In this document: positions 28,818-39,962 of the stretch, one piece after another | Numbering within the stretch: the first letter of the stretch is position 1 | Layout: the number at the start of each line of letters is the position of its first letter | From: Candidatus Cloacimonadota bacterium | GTDB lineage: Bacteria; Cloacimonadota; Cloacimonadia; G963667145 | Assembly (NCBI GenBank): GCA_963667255.1 | Contig: OY762940.1 | Location: 64,001-128,000, forward strand | Direction: 5' to 3' | DNA: 64,000 nucleotides | Program-made: the position numbers and the translations under genes | Notes under the pieces: generated by a model | The model's input: only the letters and a program-made list of their open reading frames with translations | Databases searched by the model: none | Told to the model about the DNA's origin: nothing

Positions 28818-30584
28818 CTAAAAACTCAACTCATCCTTAACCTTCTTCGCCACCGCTTCGCCCACGCCCTTAACCCGCTGAAGCTCGTCCACACTTGCTT
28901 CTCGCACACCCTGCACAGAGCCAAACTCTCGTAACAAATTATATTTGGTCTGCTCTCCCACCACCTTGTCCAGTTCACTCGTCAATGTTCGCATCGACCG
29001 CCTCTTGCGATGATAAGTGATGGCAAATCTATGAGCCTCATCCCGCAGGTGAACTATCATCTTGAGAGCAAGCGACTTGCGAGGTAACAAAATCGATTCC
29101 GATTGACTGGGTAAAAAAACCTCTTCTAACCGCTTCGCCAGAGAAACTATCGGAATATCCACGCTCATCTCTTCCAAGACTTCCACAGAAGACGAAAGTT
29201 GCCCTTTTCCACCATCAACCACTATCAAATCGGGCTTTTCGTATTGGTCTAACTTCCCCAAATATCGTCGCAAAGTCTCCTGCATACTGGCAAAATCGTC
29301 TTGCCCCACGACCTCTTCCATCTTGAAATGCATATAATTCTTTTTCTTCGGCTTGCCGTTCTCAAAGAAGACCAAAGAAGACACCGTGTCACTTCCCTGA
29401 ATGGTGGAAATATCGATGCAAATAATTTTCGTGGGCAACACAGACAAATTCAGAGCCTGCTTCAACTCCAGCACCGGAGCAGCAGTCCGCACCGACCGCC
29501 GAAGATATTTGAGCCTCTCCTGCTCCACAACATCAAAAGCGTTCTGACGAGCCATCCACAGCAACTTCGAGAGATTTCCCCTCTGAGGCACAAAGAGATT
29601 CAACCTCTCCTGCAAATCCGCATCCAGCTCTTCGCTCAAATCCAACTCCACCAAAATCTGCGACGGCAACTCGTCCAATCGCGGTAAATAATACTGCTTG
29701 AGAAAAGCAACCATCACTTCCGACATCTCCTTGCCGCTAATGTTTTTCAGAGGATAGCTCTCCTTGCTAATCAATCTGCCCTCTATCAACTTCAGCACGG
29801 CGATAGCACCCAAATCCTCCTCCAAATAGCCGACAACCACATCTCGCCTCTTGCTATCCTCGAAGTAAACCGTCTGCTTTTGCGACAATTTCTGCAAACT
29901 CTCCAACTGCTCTTTGTAGCCGGCAGCTTTTTTGTAATCCATTCGCTGTGCCGCCACTTCCATCCGCTCCTGCAACTCGCCTGTGAGCTGTTTATTCTGC
30001 CCCGACAAAAATTTCTTCACCTGCTCTATCAGCTGAAAATACTCCTGCCGACCAACCTCATCAGCCTCGCACACTCCCGAGCATTTACCGATTTGGTAAT
30101 TCAGACACCGCTTCTTTCCTATGGTATTGCACTTTCGGAACTGGAAAATCTCTTCCGCCAAATTCTTGACCCGATGCATCGCACTGCCATCTGTAAAAGG
30201 TCCAAAATAATCGCCCTTATCGTGAATTTTCTCGCGAGTAACCACCAACTTGGGAAACTGCTCAGCGGTGATTTTCAGAAAAGGATACCGCTTGTCATCC
30301 TTGAGCAAAACATTATACTTCGGCTTGTGCTTCTTTATCAGCGTGTCTTCGAGTATCAGAGCCTCGTGAGCGTTGGAAACCATGATGTAATCCAAATCGT
30401 CAACATTCTCCACCAACTTCCGCGTTTTCAGGTCGTCCTTCACACCGGCAAAGTAACTGCGAACACGGCTCCTCAAGCTGGTCGCCTTGCCCACATAGAT
30501 AATCTTCCCAGCCTTGTTCTTCATCAGATATACACCAGCTTGGTCAGGCAAAATCGACAATTTGTGCTTCAATCTATCGTTCAC
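28818..30584 (-). CDS. uvrC: Excinuclease ABC subunit C
   Basis: GVY...IYVGKA, KDDKRYP, DIS, DGGKGQ, LRDEAHRFA, HhH. Confidence 0.97.
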   Translation of the reverse strand: MNDRLKHKLSILPDQAGVYLMKNKAGKIIYVGKATSLRSRVRSYFAGVKDDLKTRKLVENVDDLDYIMVSNAHEALILEDTLIKKHKPKYNVLLKDDKRYPFLKITAEQFPKLVVTREKIHDKGDYFGPFTDGSAMHRVKNLAEEIFQFRKCNTIGKKRCLNYQIGKCSGVCEADEVGRQEYFQLIEQVKKFLSGQNKQLTGELQERMEVAAQRMDYKKAAGYKEQLESLQKLSQKQTVYFEDSKRRDVVVGYLEEDLGAIAVLKLIEGRLISKESYPLKNISGKEMSEVMVAFLKQYYLPRLDELPSQILVELDLSEELDADLQERLNLFVPQRGNLSKLLWMARQNAFDVVEQERLKYLRRSVRTAAPVLELKQALNLSVLPTKIICIDISTIQGSDTVSSLVFFENGKPKKKNYMHFKMEEVVGQDDFASMQETLRRYLGKLDQYEKPDLIVVDGGKGQLSSSVEVLEEMSVDIPIVSLAKRLEEVFLPSQSESILLPRKSLALKMIVHLRDEAHRFAITYHRKRRSMRTLTSELDKVVGEQTKYNLLREFGSVQGVREASVDELQRVKGVGEAVAKKVKDELSF

Positions 30585-30598
30585 AGCAACCTACGAAA

Positions 30599-32137
30599 TC
30601 AACTTTTGACTCTTTTTTGAATAAATCTCAAAAACTGCTCCACTCTCAATAGGTAAGCCAACAACAAGAACAGCAAAGCTCCACCTACGCCAAGCAAAAC
30701 AAATTTTAGTAAAAGATACCAAAATCCCACGGTGACAGCAAGATAATTGTTCAAAAAATTTATCAACGCCCAAGTGGCAACTCCGGATAGCAAAATTTTC
30801 AACAACTCTAAATTGGGGAAACTCAAGAACTCAAATCTGCGTCTCACCCACCAAAATAGAATCACGCCTTGCAAAATCGCCGAGCACATCGAAGCCATCG
30901 CCAATCCCATCGCACCGAAATATTGCATAAACCAAACATTCAGCCCCACATTAGCCAGCAAGGCAACCACCATCACCTTCACGGGAGATTTAGTGTCGCC
31001 ATGTGCGTAGAACAAACTTGTCAAAACATGATTGAAACAGAAAAAGAACAAAGCCAACGCATAGAAAACAAAAGGAGAATAAGTCATCCCCACGGCTGTG
31101 TCGTCAAACGCACCTCTGGCAAAAAGAATGGTGATATATTCTCTGCCCAAGCTGACCATCAGAGCGGTAATCGGTATCATCAGAAATCCTGACAAAACCA
31201 AAACATTGGAAAAAGTTTTTTGCAATTCAGCGTTATCTCTCTTGGCTACCAACTTGGAAAAGACGGGCAAACTCGCTGACCAAATCGGCACTCCCAACAC
31301 TCCTAAAGCCAATTGCATCAACCTATATGAATAGCTCAAACTGGATGCACTGCCGACCACCAAAAATGATGCCAAAAACAAATCAACATAGACATTAATC
31401 TGCCGAACTCCCATTCCCATTAGCCCCGGCAAAAATCTTCGCCAAACCTTGTCCAAATTTTTGGTTTCCCAAACAAGACGAAACCGATAGCCGACTTTCC
31501 GCATAAACGGGAAATTGACCAATAGTTGCAAAACTCCGCCAACAATTATTCCCCAAGAATATGCGGTTACTTTCTCTATGGAGTCGCCACCTATCCAGTA
31601 AACAAATCCGACAATTACAACTATCGTTCCCAAATTGAAAAAAGCCGCAGAGAATGCAGGCCAGAAGAAATAGTCGTGGTAATTCAATATCGCTATCAAC
31701 ATAGAAGCCACACCAATCAAAAACAGATAGGGCATCAAAATTTTGGTCAATTTGACAGTGAGCAAAACGGTATTTTCTTCCAAACCCGGAGCGATAATCT
31801 TTACCAAAAAAGGAGCAAAAACAATCCCCAAAAAAGAAAATATCAAAAGCAATAAAGACAAAAAAGTCAGCAACGACAAGCCAAATCTAATCTGAACTCG
31901 TTTTCCCCCAGCTTGCTCCACCTCGCCATACAGCGGGATAAAAGCCGCAGCCAACGCTCCCTCTCCAAAGAGAAGTCGCAGAAAGTTGGGAATGCGATAG
32001 GCGTAATTGAAAGCGTCCGCCAAGTAACTGACTCCGAAAAAAGCGGTGAAAATAATGTCTCGCACCAAGCCCAAAACTCTGGAAATCATCACAGCCACGG
32101 ACATTGAGCCTACTTTTCGTAAAATTTTGCCACTCAT
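30599..32137 (-). CDS. murJ: Lipid II flippase MurJ
   Basis: SRVLGLVRD, ADAF, RIPN, GEGAL, RGAF, FYAHGDTKSP. Confidence 0.95.
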   Translation of the reverse strand: MSGKILRKVGSMSVAVMISRVLGLVRDIIFTAFFGVSYLADAFNYAYRIPNFLRLLFGEGALAAAFIPLYGEVEQAGGKRVQIRFGLSLLTFLSLLLLIFSFLGIVFAPFLVKIIAPGLEENTVLLTVKLTKILMPYLFLIGVASMLIAILNYHDYFFWPAFSAAFFNLGTIVVIVGFVYWIGGDSIEKVTAYSWGIIVGGVLQLLVNFPFMRKVGYRFRLVWETKNLDKVWRRFLPGLMGMGVRQINVYVDLFLASFLVVGSASSLSYSYRLMQLALGVLGVPIWSASLPVFSKLVAKRDNAELQKTFSNVLVLSGFLMIPITALMVSLGREYITILFARGAFDDTAVGMTYSPFVFYALALFFFCFNHVLTSLFYAHGDTKSPVKVMVVALLANVGLNVWFMQYFGAMGLAMASMCSAILQGVILFWWVRRRFEFLSFPNLELLKILLSGVATWALINFLNNYLAVTVGFWYLLLKFVLLGVGGALLFLLLAYLLRVEQFLRFIQKRVKS

Positions 32138-32142
32138 CTCAA

Positions 32143-33639
32143 TCAGTAAATTAATTTCTCTCCAGGATGCAAAACATAAGTTTGTTCCAAACGGTTAATG
32201 TTTATCAAATAGTTCGGAGAGACATTCAACTTTTTAGCAACATCTTTTAAACTATCGCCCTTACGCACTTTATAAAATTTTTTCTCCCCATACACATAGT
32301 CACCCTTGATATGCCTGCCGTTGATAGTCAAAATTTGTCCGGGGAAAATTCTATTGCTCTTTAATTTGTTGTCCTTACGAATTACATTGGTATAAGTCTT
32401 AAACTTCTTGGCAATTTTTACCAAATCATCGCCCTTTTCCACGCGATAATAGATATTAATCTTGTCATTTTTTTTAGCAAGCTCGGCTTCCACTTCCTTT
32501 AGCAAACTAAAATTCGGCTTGGCACTTCTCGGTATCCAAAACTCATACTCGCCAAATGGCAAAATAATGTTATTCACTTTTGCATAGCGACTTCTCTGTC
32601 GTTTATATATCTTAATCCAAAAATTGTTTTCCCAAACAGTGCTGATATTTGTCCCTTGAGCCACAGCCCATTTGTCCAGATTATGATACCCTCGCAAAGT
32701 CAATTTTATCCGCTTAAATTGCTCATCAATCGGCGGTTCTCGTTTCAAAAGCTCACCAAAAATATCTTTTTCATACTCAAAAATAATTTTGATAGCCACA
32801 GCACGCCACACATAACGATTAGTCTCCTCAGCCTGCATTATCAGTTCGGAAAAAGATTTTCCACCCTGCTGTTTTATCGCATTGTTAATGCTTCGCAAAC
32901 CGGCATTGTAAGCACACATCGCTAGTAGCCAACTATCCGCTCCTTTTTTGGCAAAATAGCTTTTGTTGAATTTCAAGAGGTTAATCGCCGCTCTGGTGGA
33001 TTTGTATAAGTCTCGGCGTTCATCCACAAAATTATCTATCCTGAGGTTATACTCTTTTGCCGTAGAGGGCATAAACTGCCAAATCCCCTCAGCTCCAGCC
33101 CAAGAACGAGCCATTGGGTTTAGAGCACTCTCCGCCACAGCCAAATATTTCAAATCAAAAGGAACATTCTCTTCGGCAAAAATCCTCTCAAACAGTGGGA
33201 AATAAACACCACTTCTGGAGATATAAGTTCGGGCATTTTTCAGTTCCTGCTGAAAGATTTTTTCAAACCTCTCTTTGATTTTGGGAGAAGAGATGTCGAT
33301 TCGTTCCCCAGCGAACATCACGACTTTGGGGAGAATAAAGTCCTTATTTCCAATGACTTCGCTCATCTGACGGCTCAAAGCCTCTTTTTCTAAATAGACA
33401 CTATTGAGAGTAGCAATATACTCATCTATGACATTGTTCAATTCGGAAATTTCGGATTCTTGTTCTTCTATCAACTCTCGCAAAATTTTCAGAGAATCTC
33501 TTAAAGAATAGAGATACCTTTCATCAGTAAGTGATAAATCCGAAGAATCGGACACACGCCCTTGCACATTTGCATTTTGTTTGCACGCAGACACCAAGAA
33601 TAAGAAAAAACAAAAAACAACAAGAAACTCTTTTTTCAT
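32143..33639 (-). CDS. MltD-like lytic transglycosylase with LysM domains (paralog 2), lipoprotein
   Basis: KYLAVAES, GIWQFMP, VDERRD, AYNAG, two LysM repeats, lipobox VSAC. Confidence 0.88.
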   Translation of the reverse strand: MKKEFLVVFCFFLFLVSACKQNANVQGRVSDSSDLSLTDERYLYSLRDSLKILRELIEEQESEISELNNVIDEYIATLNSVYLEKEALSRQMSEVIGNKDFILPKVVMFAGERIDISSPKIKERFEKIFQQELKNARTYISRSGVYFPLFERIFAEENVPFDLKYLAVAESALNPMARSWAGAEGIWQFMPSTAKEYNLRIDNFVDERRDLYKSTRAAINLLKFNKSYFAKKGADSWLLAMCAYNAGLRSINNAIKQQGGKSFSELIMQAEETNRYVWRAVAIKIIFEYEKDIFGELLKREPPIDEQFKRIKLTLRGYHNLDKWAVAQGTNISTVWENNFWIKIYKRQRSRYAKVNNIILPFGEYEFWIPRSAKPNFSLLKEVEAELAKKNDKINIYYRVEKGDDLVKIAKKFKTYTNVIRKDNKLKSNRIFPGQILTINGRHIKGDYVYGEKKFYKVRKGDSLKDVAKKLNVSPNYLININRLEQTYVLHPGEKLIY

Positions 33640-33654
33640 CGAAACGACTGTTTA

Positions 33655-35205
33655 CTAACTTCTTACTCTTAGAAGTTGACCAACCTGAATTTTGTCAGAT
33701 TGCAAGCCGTTAAGGCGTTTCAAAGTGGAAACATAAGTCCTGAATTTTTTCGCAATCTTCAACAACGAATCTCCTGATTGAACTCGATAATAGTTGCCTT
33801 TTGTTGCCACATAGCGTTGTCCCACTTGGATTTTCAGCTTTTGCCCAATTCTAATCATCGTTCCGCTTATGTTGTTGATAGCCTTGATAGCAGCAACACT
33901 TGTCCTGTATTTAGAGGCAATAGAACCCAAATTATCGCCTTTTTGCACTCTGTATGTAATCAGCATATTTCCTTTGGACAACAATTTCTTCTCCGCAGCA
34001 GCAACCAACGCCATATTAGGCTGAGCACTCTTTTCCACCAAAATTGTATAATCCCCGGGAGGCAAAATAACATTATTAACCTTAGAATACCTGCTACGAC
34101 GCATCTTATACATCTTTATCCAATAGTTATCAAGCCAAATATCGCGAATATTCGTCCCCTGTGCAATAGCCCACTCGTTGAGCGTGTGGTAACCCTTCAG
34201 ATGCACTTCGACCATTTTCATTTTATCAAAAATAGACTCCTGAAGTTCAAATTTTTTCCCGAAGAGGTCTTCTTGATTTTCAAAAATCAGCTTAATGGCA
34301 ATGGCTCGCCAAACATATTGGTTGGTTTCGTCGTTCTTCATTATCAGCTCTTCAAAATCTGTGGAACCTTGCCTTTTGATATCTTTTATAACATTCCCCA
34401 CACCCGCATTGTAACTGCAAGCCGTCAAAAGCCAATCGTTGCAATCGTATTTTTGGAGAAGTTTGTAACTCTGGAGCAAATAATCGGCAGCTGCATTGGT
34501 CGAAAGAAAAATGTCCCTTCGTTGGTCAACATAAGAGTTTATTTGCAATTTATACATTCTTCCTGTGGCAGGCATAAACTGCCAAATACCGTCAGCTCCA
34601 GCCCAAGAGTGAGCAATGGGATTTAGACAGCTCTCCGCTACCGCAAGATATTTGATGTCCTCAGGAACTCCCTTCTCGCGAAAAACCTGCTCAAACAAAG
34701 GAAAATAGTAACCGCTTCTCGGAATATATTTGTGAGCGAATTTCAGTTCGTTATTGAAAATCTTTTGAAATTTGTCCCTAATCCTCGGACGAGAAATATC
34801 TATCCAATCTCCGGCAAACTTGACACGATCCGGCAAACTGAAACCAGTATTTATCTGGGCAATGCTGAGAGCTAATTCCAATTGCTCCTGCACCTTATCA
34901 TTCTTCCCGAGAGACTCTTCCAACTGTTTGGACAAAGCGTCAATCTCATCATTGAGCATCTCTATCGTCCTGTCCTTTTCCACTAATTCCTTGTCCTTTT
35001 CATCCAAAACCACAGAAATCTCTCTAATCGGCTCAAAATTTACATTCGTCGTTGCAAGAACCTCCTCAATCTCTTGAAAATACTCTTTGCTCAGAGGTTG
35101 CTCCACCTGTTGAACAGCACATCCGAAAAGGGAAATAATGCCCAAAATTACTAAAAAACTTCTCTTAAAAAACGCCATATCCAAAAAAATCCTCCACAAT
35201 TTCAT
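33655..35205 (-). CDS. MltD-like lytic transglycosylase with LysM domains (paralog 1), lipoprotein
   Basis: KYLAVAES, GIWQFMP, SYNAG, two LysM repeats, lipobox LFGC. Confidence 0.88.
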   Translation of the reverse strand: MKLWRIFLDMAFFKRSFLVILGIISLFGCAVQQVEQPLSKEYFQEIEEVLATTNVNFEPIREISVVLDEKDKELVEKDRTIEMLNDEIDALSKQLEESLGKNDKVQEQLELALSIAQINTGFSLPDRVKFAGDWIDISRPRIRDKFQKIFNNELKFAHKYIPRSGYYFPLFEQVFREKGVPEDIKYLAVAESCLNPIAHSWAGADGIWQFMPATGRMYKLQINSYVDQRRDIFLSTNAAADYLLQSYKLLQKYDCNDWLLTACSYNAGVGNVIKDIKRQGSTDFEELIMKNDETNQYVWRAIAIKLIFENQEDLFGKKFELQESIFDKMKMVEVHLKGYHTLNEWAIAQGTNIRDIWLDNYWIKMYKMRRSRYSKVNNVILPPGDYTILVEKSAQPNMALVAAAEKKLLSKGNMLITYRVQKGDNLGSIASKYRTSVAAIKAINNISGTMIRIGQKLKIQVGQRYVATKGNYYRVQSGDSLLKIAKKFRTYVSTLKRLNGLQSDKIQVGQLLRVRS

Positions 35206-36123
35206 CTATATAAACCTCAAATCCACAGGAGCAAGCAATCTCCCATTCTCCACAAACTCTTGCCAAACTTCCAAAGTCTCTTCACTCATCCTGTCCTTAG
35301 CACCGGCAGTATATGCCCCCGTATGAGGAGTAAGATAAACATTGGTGTATCGCTGCAAAATCTCCGCCTTAGTCGGCTCTATCGAGAAAACATCCAAAGC
35401 CACACCTCTTATTTTTCCGCTATCAAGCCCACAAACCACAGCATCCTCATTCACTACACTCCCTCTTGCCACATTCAACAAAAAAAGAGGATTTTTTATC
35501 AACTCCAAACTGCCAAAATCAAAATAGTGATAAGTCTCGGAATATAGCGGACAATGAAAACTCACCATATTGCACCACAACAAACCTTCCTCATAAGAAC
35601 ACATCGCAAATTTTTTAGCCGATTTCCCCTCTACAAAAGGGTCAACACATTTTACCTTGGCACCTATATTCAGCAAAAAGTTCGCAACCCTGCTTCCAAC
35701 TCGACCAACTCCAACAACCAGCACTCTAAGGTCAGAAAATTCCAAATTTTCAGTCAACCTATTTTTCCAACTTCCGCTCATAATTGCGTTTCGCCCAGGC
35801 TGATGACCCTTGATTAATGCCATCATCAAAGAAATCGTATGCTCAAAAGCGGAAAAAGAATTAGCCTCGGGAGTGTTGCACACAGCCACATCTCGCAGTA
35901 GAGCCTCTTGCACATCGATATTGTCGAAGCCACTGCCGGCACGGATTATCAGCTTGAGTTTGGGAAACTCGTCCAGCAACTTTTTATCGAATTGAACACT
36001 CGTTCGGATGATTGCTATTTGACTTTCGGGATTAACTTTTTCCACAAAAGAGGAAGACAGTTTTTTCGTCTCAACCAACTGCCAAAATTTATCCGGCATC
36101 TTTTCCAATACAGAAGTCAGCAT
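35206..36123 (-). CDS. D-2-hydroxyacid dehydrogenase (SerA-like)
   Basis: RAGSGFDNID, GVGRVG, NVARG, LDVF..EP, TPHTG. Confidence 0.88.
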   Translation of the reverse strand: MLTSVLEKMPDKFWQLVETKKLSSSFVEKVNPESQIAIIRTSVQFDKKLLDEFPKLKLIIRAGSGFDNIDVQEALLRDVAVCNTPEANSFSAFEHTISLMMALIKGHQPGRNAIMSGSWKNRLTENLEFSDLRVLVVGVGRVGSRVANFLLNIGAKVKCVDPFVEGKSAKKFAMCSYEEGLLWCNMVSFHCPLYSETYHYFDFGSLELIKNPLFLLNVARGSVVNEDAVVCGLDSGKIRGVALDVFSIEPTKAEILQRYTNVYLTPHTGAYTAGAKDRMSEETLEVWQEFVENGRLLAPVDLRFI

Positions 36124-36129
36124 AACCTA

Positions 36130-37563
36130 TTACAGTCTAAAAAAATTCTCAATAATTCTACTCGGGGTAATCGCAGGTGTCGCAAATTTCGTAGCCAACT
36201 TCTCCGCAGTATCGCCCACAAGGTGAGCAGCACCCAAACAAGCGGAGTCCAAATCAAGCCCTTGAGCCGCAAACGAAGCTATCGCCCCTGCCAAAACATC
36301 GCCACTGCCACCAGTCGCAAGCCCATCGTTCCCTTTGTTGATAAACCAAATCTTTGCCCCAGAGCAAAACAGAGAAACATGAGATTTCAACAAAACTTTG
36401 CACCCGAACTCCGCCACAAAATTTTTGAGCAAACCAATTGGATTTTGCAAAACTTCTTGCGAGGTCTTCCCGCACAATCTGGCAAACTCTCCTATGTGCG
36501 GCGTGAGAACAGCACCTTTTACTTTTTTCAAAAGCTCTCTATTCTCTGCCAAAGTATTCAGTCCGTCAGCATCAATTATCAATTTACCGTCAAAATTGTC
36601 CAAAATAAATTCCACAACTTCCACATTTTGTGTGCCAAGACCGGGACCAATCAAAACAGCATCAGCGGTTTTAGCTCTATCCAAAAAATCAAAATTTCTG
36701 GTCATCACCTCGGTCAACGACATCTCAAAAATCTCTTCCATACCTTTCGGATGATAGAGCGTAATCAACCCCGCACCACTGTGCAGAGCCGACCGAGAAC
36801 ACAAAACAGCAGCACCACTGTAACCGGCAGAACCCGCCACAATAGCGAGATTGCCATAAGTTCCCTTGTGAGCCACAGGGCTTCTAACAGGCAAAATTTG
36901 CTCATCCAAATATGCGAACTTATCTGAAGAATCTGACAATTCACTATCGGGAATCCCAATAGGCACAACCATCAACTCTCCGCAAACCTCTTTCCCCCTC
37001 CCCAAAAAATGTCCGGGCTTAGCCGCTGCCATAGTCAAAGTCAAATCGGCATGCACACAGCACTCACTCAATCCGTTATCAGCACCCAGTCCGCTGGGAA
37101 TGTCGATGGAAACTATTTTGGCAAAAGAAAAATTGATTAGCTCAACCATCTCTTTCAATTCTCCCTCAAGAGTTCCCCGAAACCCAATCCCCAAAAGAGC
37201 ATCAACTATCAAATCGAACCCAATAGAATAGTCGGAATTGTCTAAAATTTTCAAGCCCAACTTTTCGCAGGCTTTGTAATTTTCGGCAGTTTCAGAAGAA
37301 AATTTTTGTTTATCCCCAACAACCAAAATTGAAACATCGTAACCATATTTGTAGAGCCAACGAGCAACGACAAAGCCGTCTCCACCATTGTTTCCCACAC
37401 CACACACCACAAGCACGGTAACGCCAAATTTTTTCTGATGAATAATATCGGCACATCCTTTGCCGGCATTCTCCATCAAAACTCGAGACGGCAAAAAATA
37501 CTCGCTCATAGTCAAACTATCCAACCGCCTCATCTCGTCTTTGCTTACAATATACATCTGCAA
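36130..37563 (-). CDS. nnr: Bifunctional NAD(P)HX epimerase/dehydratase
   Basis: LMENAG, GNNGGDG, DIPSG, HKG, GPGLG, DADGL, TPH, GGSGDVL. Confidence 0.94.
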   Translation of the reverse strand: MQMYIVSKDEMRRLDSLTMSEYFLPSRVLMENAGKGCADIIHQKKFGVTVLVVCGVGNNGGDGFVVARWLYKYGYDVSILVVGDKQKFSSETAENYKACEKLGLKILDNSDYSIGFDLIVDALLGIGFRGTLEGELKEMVELINFSFAKIVSIDIPSGLGADNGLSECCVHADLTLTMAAAKPGHFLGRGKEVCGELMVVPIGIPDSELSDSSDKFAYLDEQILPVRSPVAHKGTYGNLAIVAGSAGYSGAAVLCSRSALHSGAGLITLYHPKGMEEIFEMSLTEVMTRNFDFLDRAKTADAVLIGPGLGTQNVEVVEFILDNFDGKLIIDADGLNTLAENRELLKKVKGAVLTPHIGEFARLCGKTSQEVLQNPIGLLKNFVAEFGCKVLLKSHVSLFCSGAKIWFINKGNDGLATGGSGDVLAGAIASFAAQGLDLDSACLGAAHLVGDTAEKLATKFATPAITPSRIIENFFRL

Positions 37564-37566
37564 ACT

Positions 37567-38193
37567 CTACTTTGTTCCAAAAATTTTATCTCCGGCATCG
37601 CCCAATCCGGGCAAAATATAGCCGTTCTCGTTCAATTTTTCGTCCAAAGCGGCAACATAAATCTCAACATCGGGGTGAACTTTTTCCACTTTAGCGACAC
37701 CTTCTGGAGCTGCCACCAAAAAAATCCCCTTGATGTGCTTACAACCTGTGGCTTTCAGAGCATCGATAGTGGCTATGAGCGTAGAACCGGTAGCCAACAT
37801 TGGGTCTAAAATCAACGCAACTCTCTCACTCATCGACTTCGCAAATTTCTCAAAATATTTTACGGCTTTCAGAGTTTTCTCATCTCTATAAAAACCGACC
37901 ACGCTTATCTTGGCAGAAGGAATAATATCTATCACGCCATCCATCATCCCGATACCAGCACGAAGAATAGGCACAATGGTAATTTTCTTCCCCTTGATTT
38001 GTTGCACGGTAGTAGTCCCTGCCCAAGTTTTGATTACCTTGCTCTCCAACTCCAAATCGGCGGTAGCTTTATATGTAAGAAAGTGAGCTATTTCCGCAGA
38101 AAGCTCCCTGAACTCTTTTGTGGAAATATCTCTGTGCCTCAAAATCCCCAATTTGTGCTTGATAAGCGGATGTGTCTCTATGTGAACTAACAT
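37567..38193 (-). CDS. upp: Uracil phosphoribosyltransferase
   Basis: AGGAGG RBS before ATG 38193; [22 protein letters not shown]. Confidence 0.97.
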   Translation of the reverse strand: MLVHIETHPLIKHKLGILRHRDISTKEFRELSAEIAHFLTYKATADLELESKVIKTWAGTTTVQQIKGKKITIVPILRAGIGMMDGVIDIIPSAKISVVGFYRDEKTLKAVKYFEKFAKSMSERVALILDPMLATGSTLIATIDALKATGCKHIKGIFLVAAPEGVAKVEKVHPDVEIYVAALDEKLNENGYILPGLGDAGDKIFGTK

Positions 38194-38236
38194 ATCTAAC
38201 CTCCTGTTATTCGTAGTAATTGACAAATCTTTCTTG

Positions 38237-39226
38237 TCAACTGTTTTTTAATACCCTTACCTCAAACTCTCCGTATCTCTTTTTTAGCTTGTTCAGCAAA
38301 TAGTTCCCATATCCGTAAATATAAGAAGTTTTGCTTTGCTCTATCTCCAAAACAGACAGTTCGCCCTCGTATTTTTTCAAAACTTCTTCGTAAAATTTTT
38401 CTATTTTAACCAGTTCGCCAAACGACGGATGATAAGGACCGGCAACCACTTGACTTGCATCAAGTCCAACATCGGAATGTAAACCGATTTTGATTACACG
38501 GATTTCTCTGGCTTCCAACTCGGCACACCAGTAGCTGCACAAATCCAATGCAGTTTGCAAATCAGGAGGAGAATATTCCCCCTCGTAATAGTAATCGGCT
38601 AATTTCGTCGATGCCAAAACAATCGTGGGATAAATCCGCACTTCTTCAGGTTGCAACTCCAAAGTTGTCTGCAAGGTCAAAGCCAAACTCTCGTCACTCC
38701 ACCCGAGCAAAAACGGCATCAATTGCACAGTCACTGCAAATCCCGCTTCTTTCAAAATCAGAATGGCTGCGATTGCCTGCTCACGATTATAACCTCTGCA
38801 AGAGCTTTTCAGCACCTCATCCGAAAAAGATTGGATGCCCAGTTCCACGGTAGCGACGCCATATTTTTTGAATAAATCCAAACTCTCTTGGCTCAAACAA
38901 TCGGGACGAGTTGACAAGCGAATAGTATCGCAATCTGCCAATCTTGACCTGGCAATCCTCAAATATTGTTCCTGCTCAGCCAAAGGCAAAGCCGAAAATG
39001 TTCCCCCAAAAAAAGCCACCTCTTTTTGAGAATCTTCGTTATTCAGAACAAAATTCTCAATCAGTTGAGAAATTTGAGAAAAATCCAAAGGCTGATTTTG
39101 GGCAGTAATAGTCTGTTGCTGACAATATATGCAGCGAAACGGACAGCCCGAAAAAGGCAAAAAAATAGGAAGCCTAATAGCTCCCTTTAATTTTCGTCTT
39201 CGTTTTTCTTTTTCAGTTTTCGCCAT
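38237..39226 (-). CDS. Radical SAM protein (Elp3/YhcC-like, rnc-associated)
   Basis: [36 protein letters not shown]. Confidence 0.85.
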   Translation of the reverse strand: MAKTEKEKRRRKLKGAIRLPIFLPFSGCPFRCIYCQQQTITAQNQPLDFSQISQLIENFVLNNEDSQKEVAFFGGTFSALPLAEQEQYLRIARSRLADCDTIRLSTRPDCLSQESLDLFKKYGVATVELGIQSFSDEVLKSSCRGYNREQAIAAILILKEAGFAVTVQLMPFLLGWSDESLALTLQTTLELQPEEVRIYPTIVLASTKLADYYYEGEYSPPDLQTALDLCSYWCAELEAREIRVIKIGLHSDVGLDASQVVAGPYHPSFGELVKIEKFYEEVLKKYEGELSVLEIEQSKTSYIYGYGNYLLNKLKKRYGEFEVRVLKNS

Positions 39227-39957
39227 ACATCTTTGGCAGCTTTCTGTTGAGCCGCCTTTTTATTCACTCCGGAACCTTTGCCGATAAATTTATCATCAAA
39301 ATAGACCTCAACAAAAAATCGCTTGTTGTGTTCCGGACCTTTTTCGTCCACAACCTTATATTCGGGCAACGCCCTAAACTTCCCTTGATAATACTCTTGA
39401 ACCAAACTCTTGTAATTTTGCAAGTAGTCTCTGGTAACCTCTTTCTCAAAATTTTTCAGACATTTCTTGTTAACGAACTTTCTCGCTTCCTCTATTCCAC
39501 CGTCCAAATAAATCGCACAGACCAAAGATTCCACAGCATCGGAGAGGATAGATTCCCTCTCTCTGCCACCACTTTTGCTCTCATCATCAGACAAAAAAAG
39601 CGTGTCGCCAAGTTGAAGACTCCTAGCAATATGAGCCAAATATTTCTCCGACTCCACTTTGGACTTCAGCTTCGACAAGTATCCCTCTTTCTTGGTTGGG
39701 TATTTATTAAATAGACACTCCGCCACCAAGAAACCCAAAATCGCATCGCCAAAAAACTCCATTCTCTCGAACGAGCCCAACTTGCTATCCGACTTTCGCA
39801 CATAGGACAAATGCGTCATAGCCACCTTCAAATAGTTAATATCTTGAAAACAGTATCCTATCTTCTTCTGCAAAATTATCGCTTTTTCACCCCATTCGTC
39901 ATCCAACTGGGGAAATTTGCCTTTACCCTTTCCAAAAAAACTGAGATTAAACTTCAC
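39187..39957 (-). CDS. rnc: Ribonuclease III
   Basis: ERMEFFGDA signature variant, DAVES..AIYLD, C-terminal dsRBD. Confidence 0.95.
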   Translation of the reverse strand: MKFNLSFFGKGKGKFPQLDDEWGEKAIILQKKIGYCFQDINYLKVAMTHLSYVRKSDSKLGSFERMEFFGDAILGFLVAECLFNKYPTKKEGYLSKLKSKVESEKYLAHIARSLQLGDTLFLSDDESKSGGRERESILSDAVESLVCAIYLDGGIEEARKFVNKKCLKNFEKEVTRDYLQNYKSLVQEYYQGKFRALPEYKVVDEKGPEHNKRFFVEVYFDDKFIGKGSGVNKKAAQQKAAKDVWRKLKKKNEDEN

Positions 39958-39962
39958 CTATT

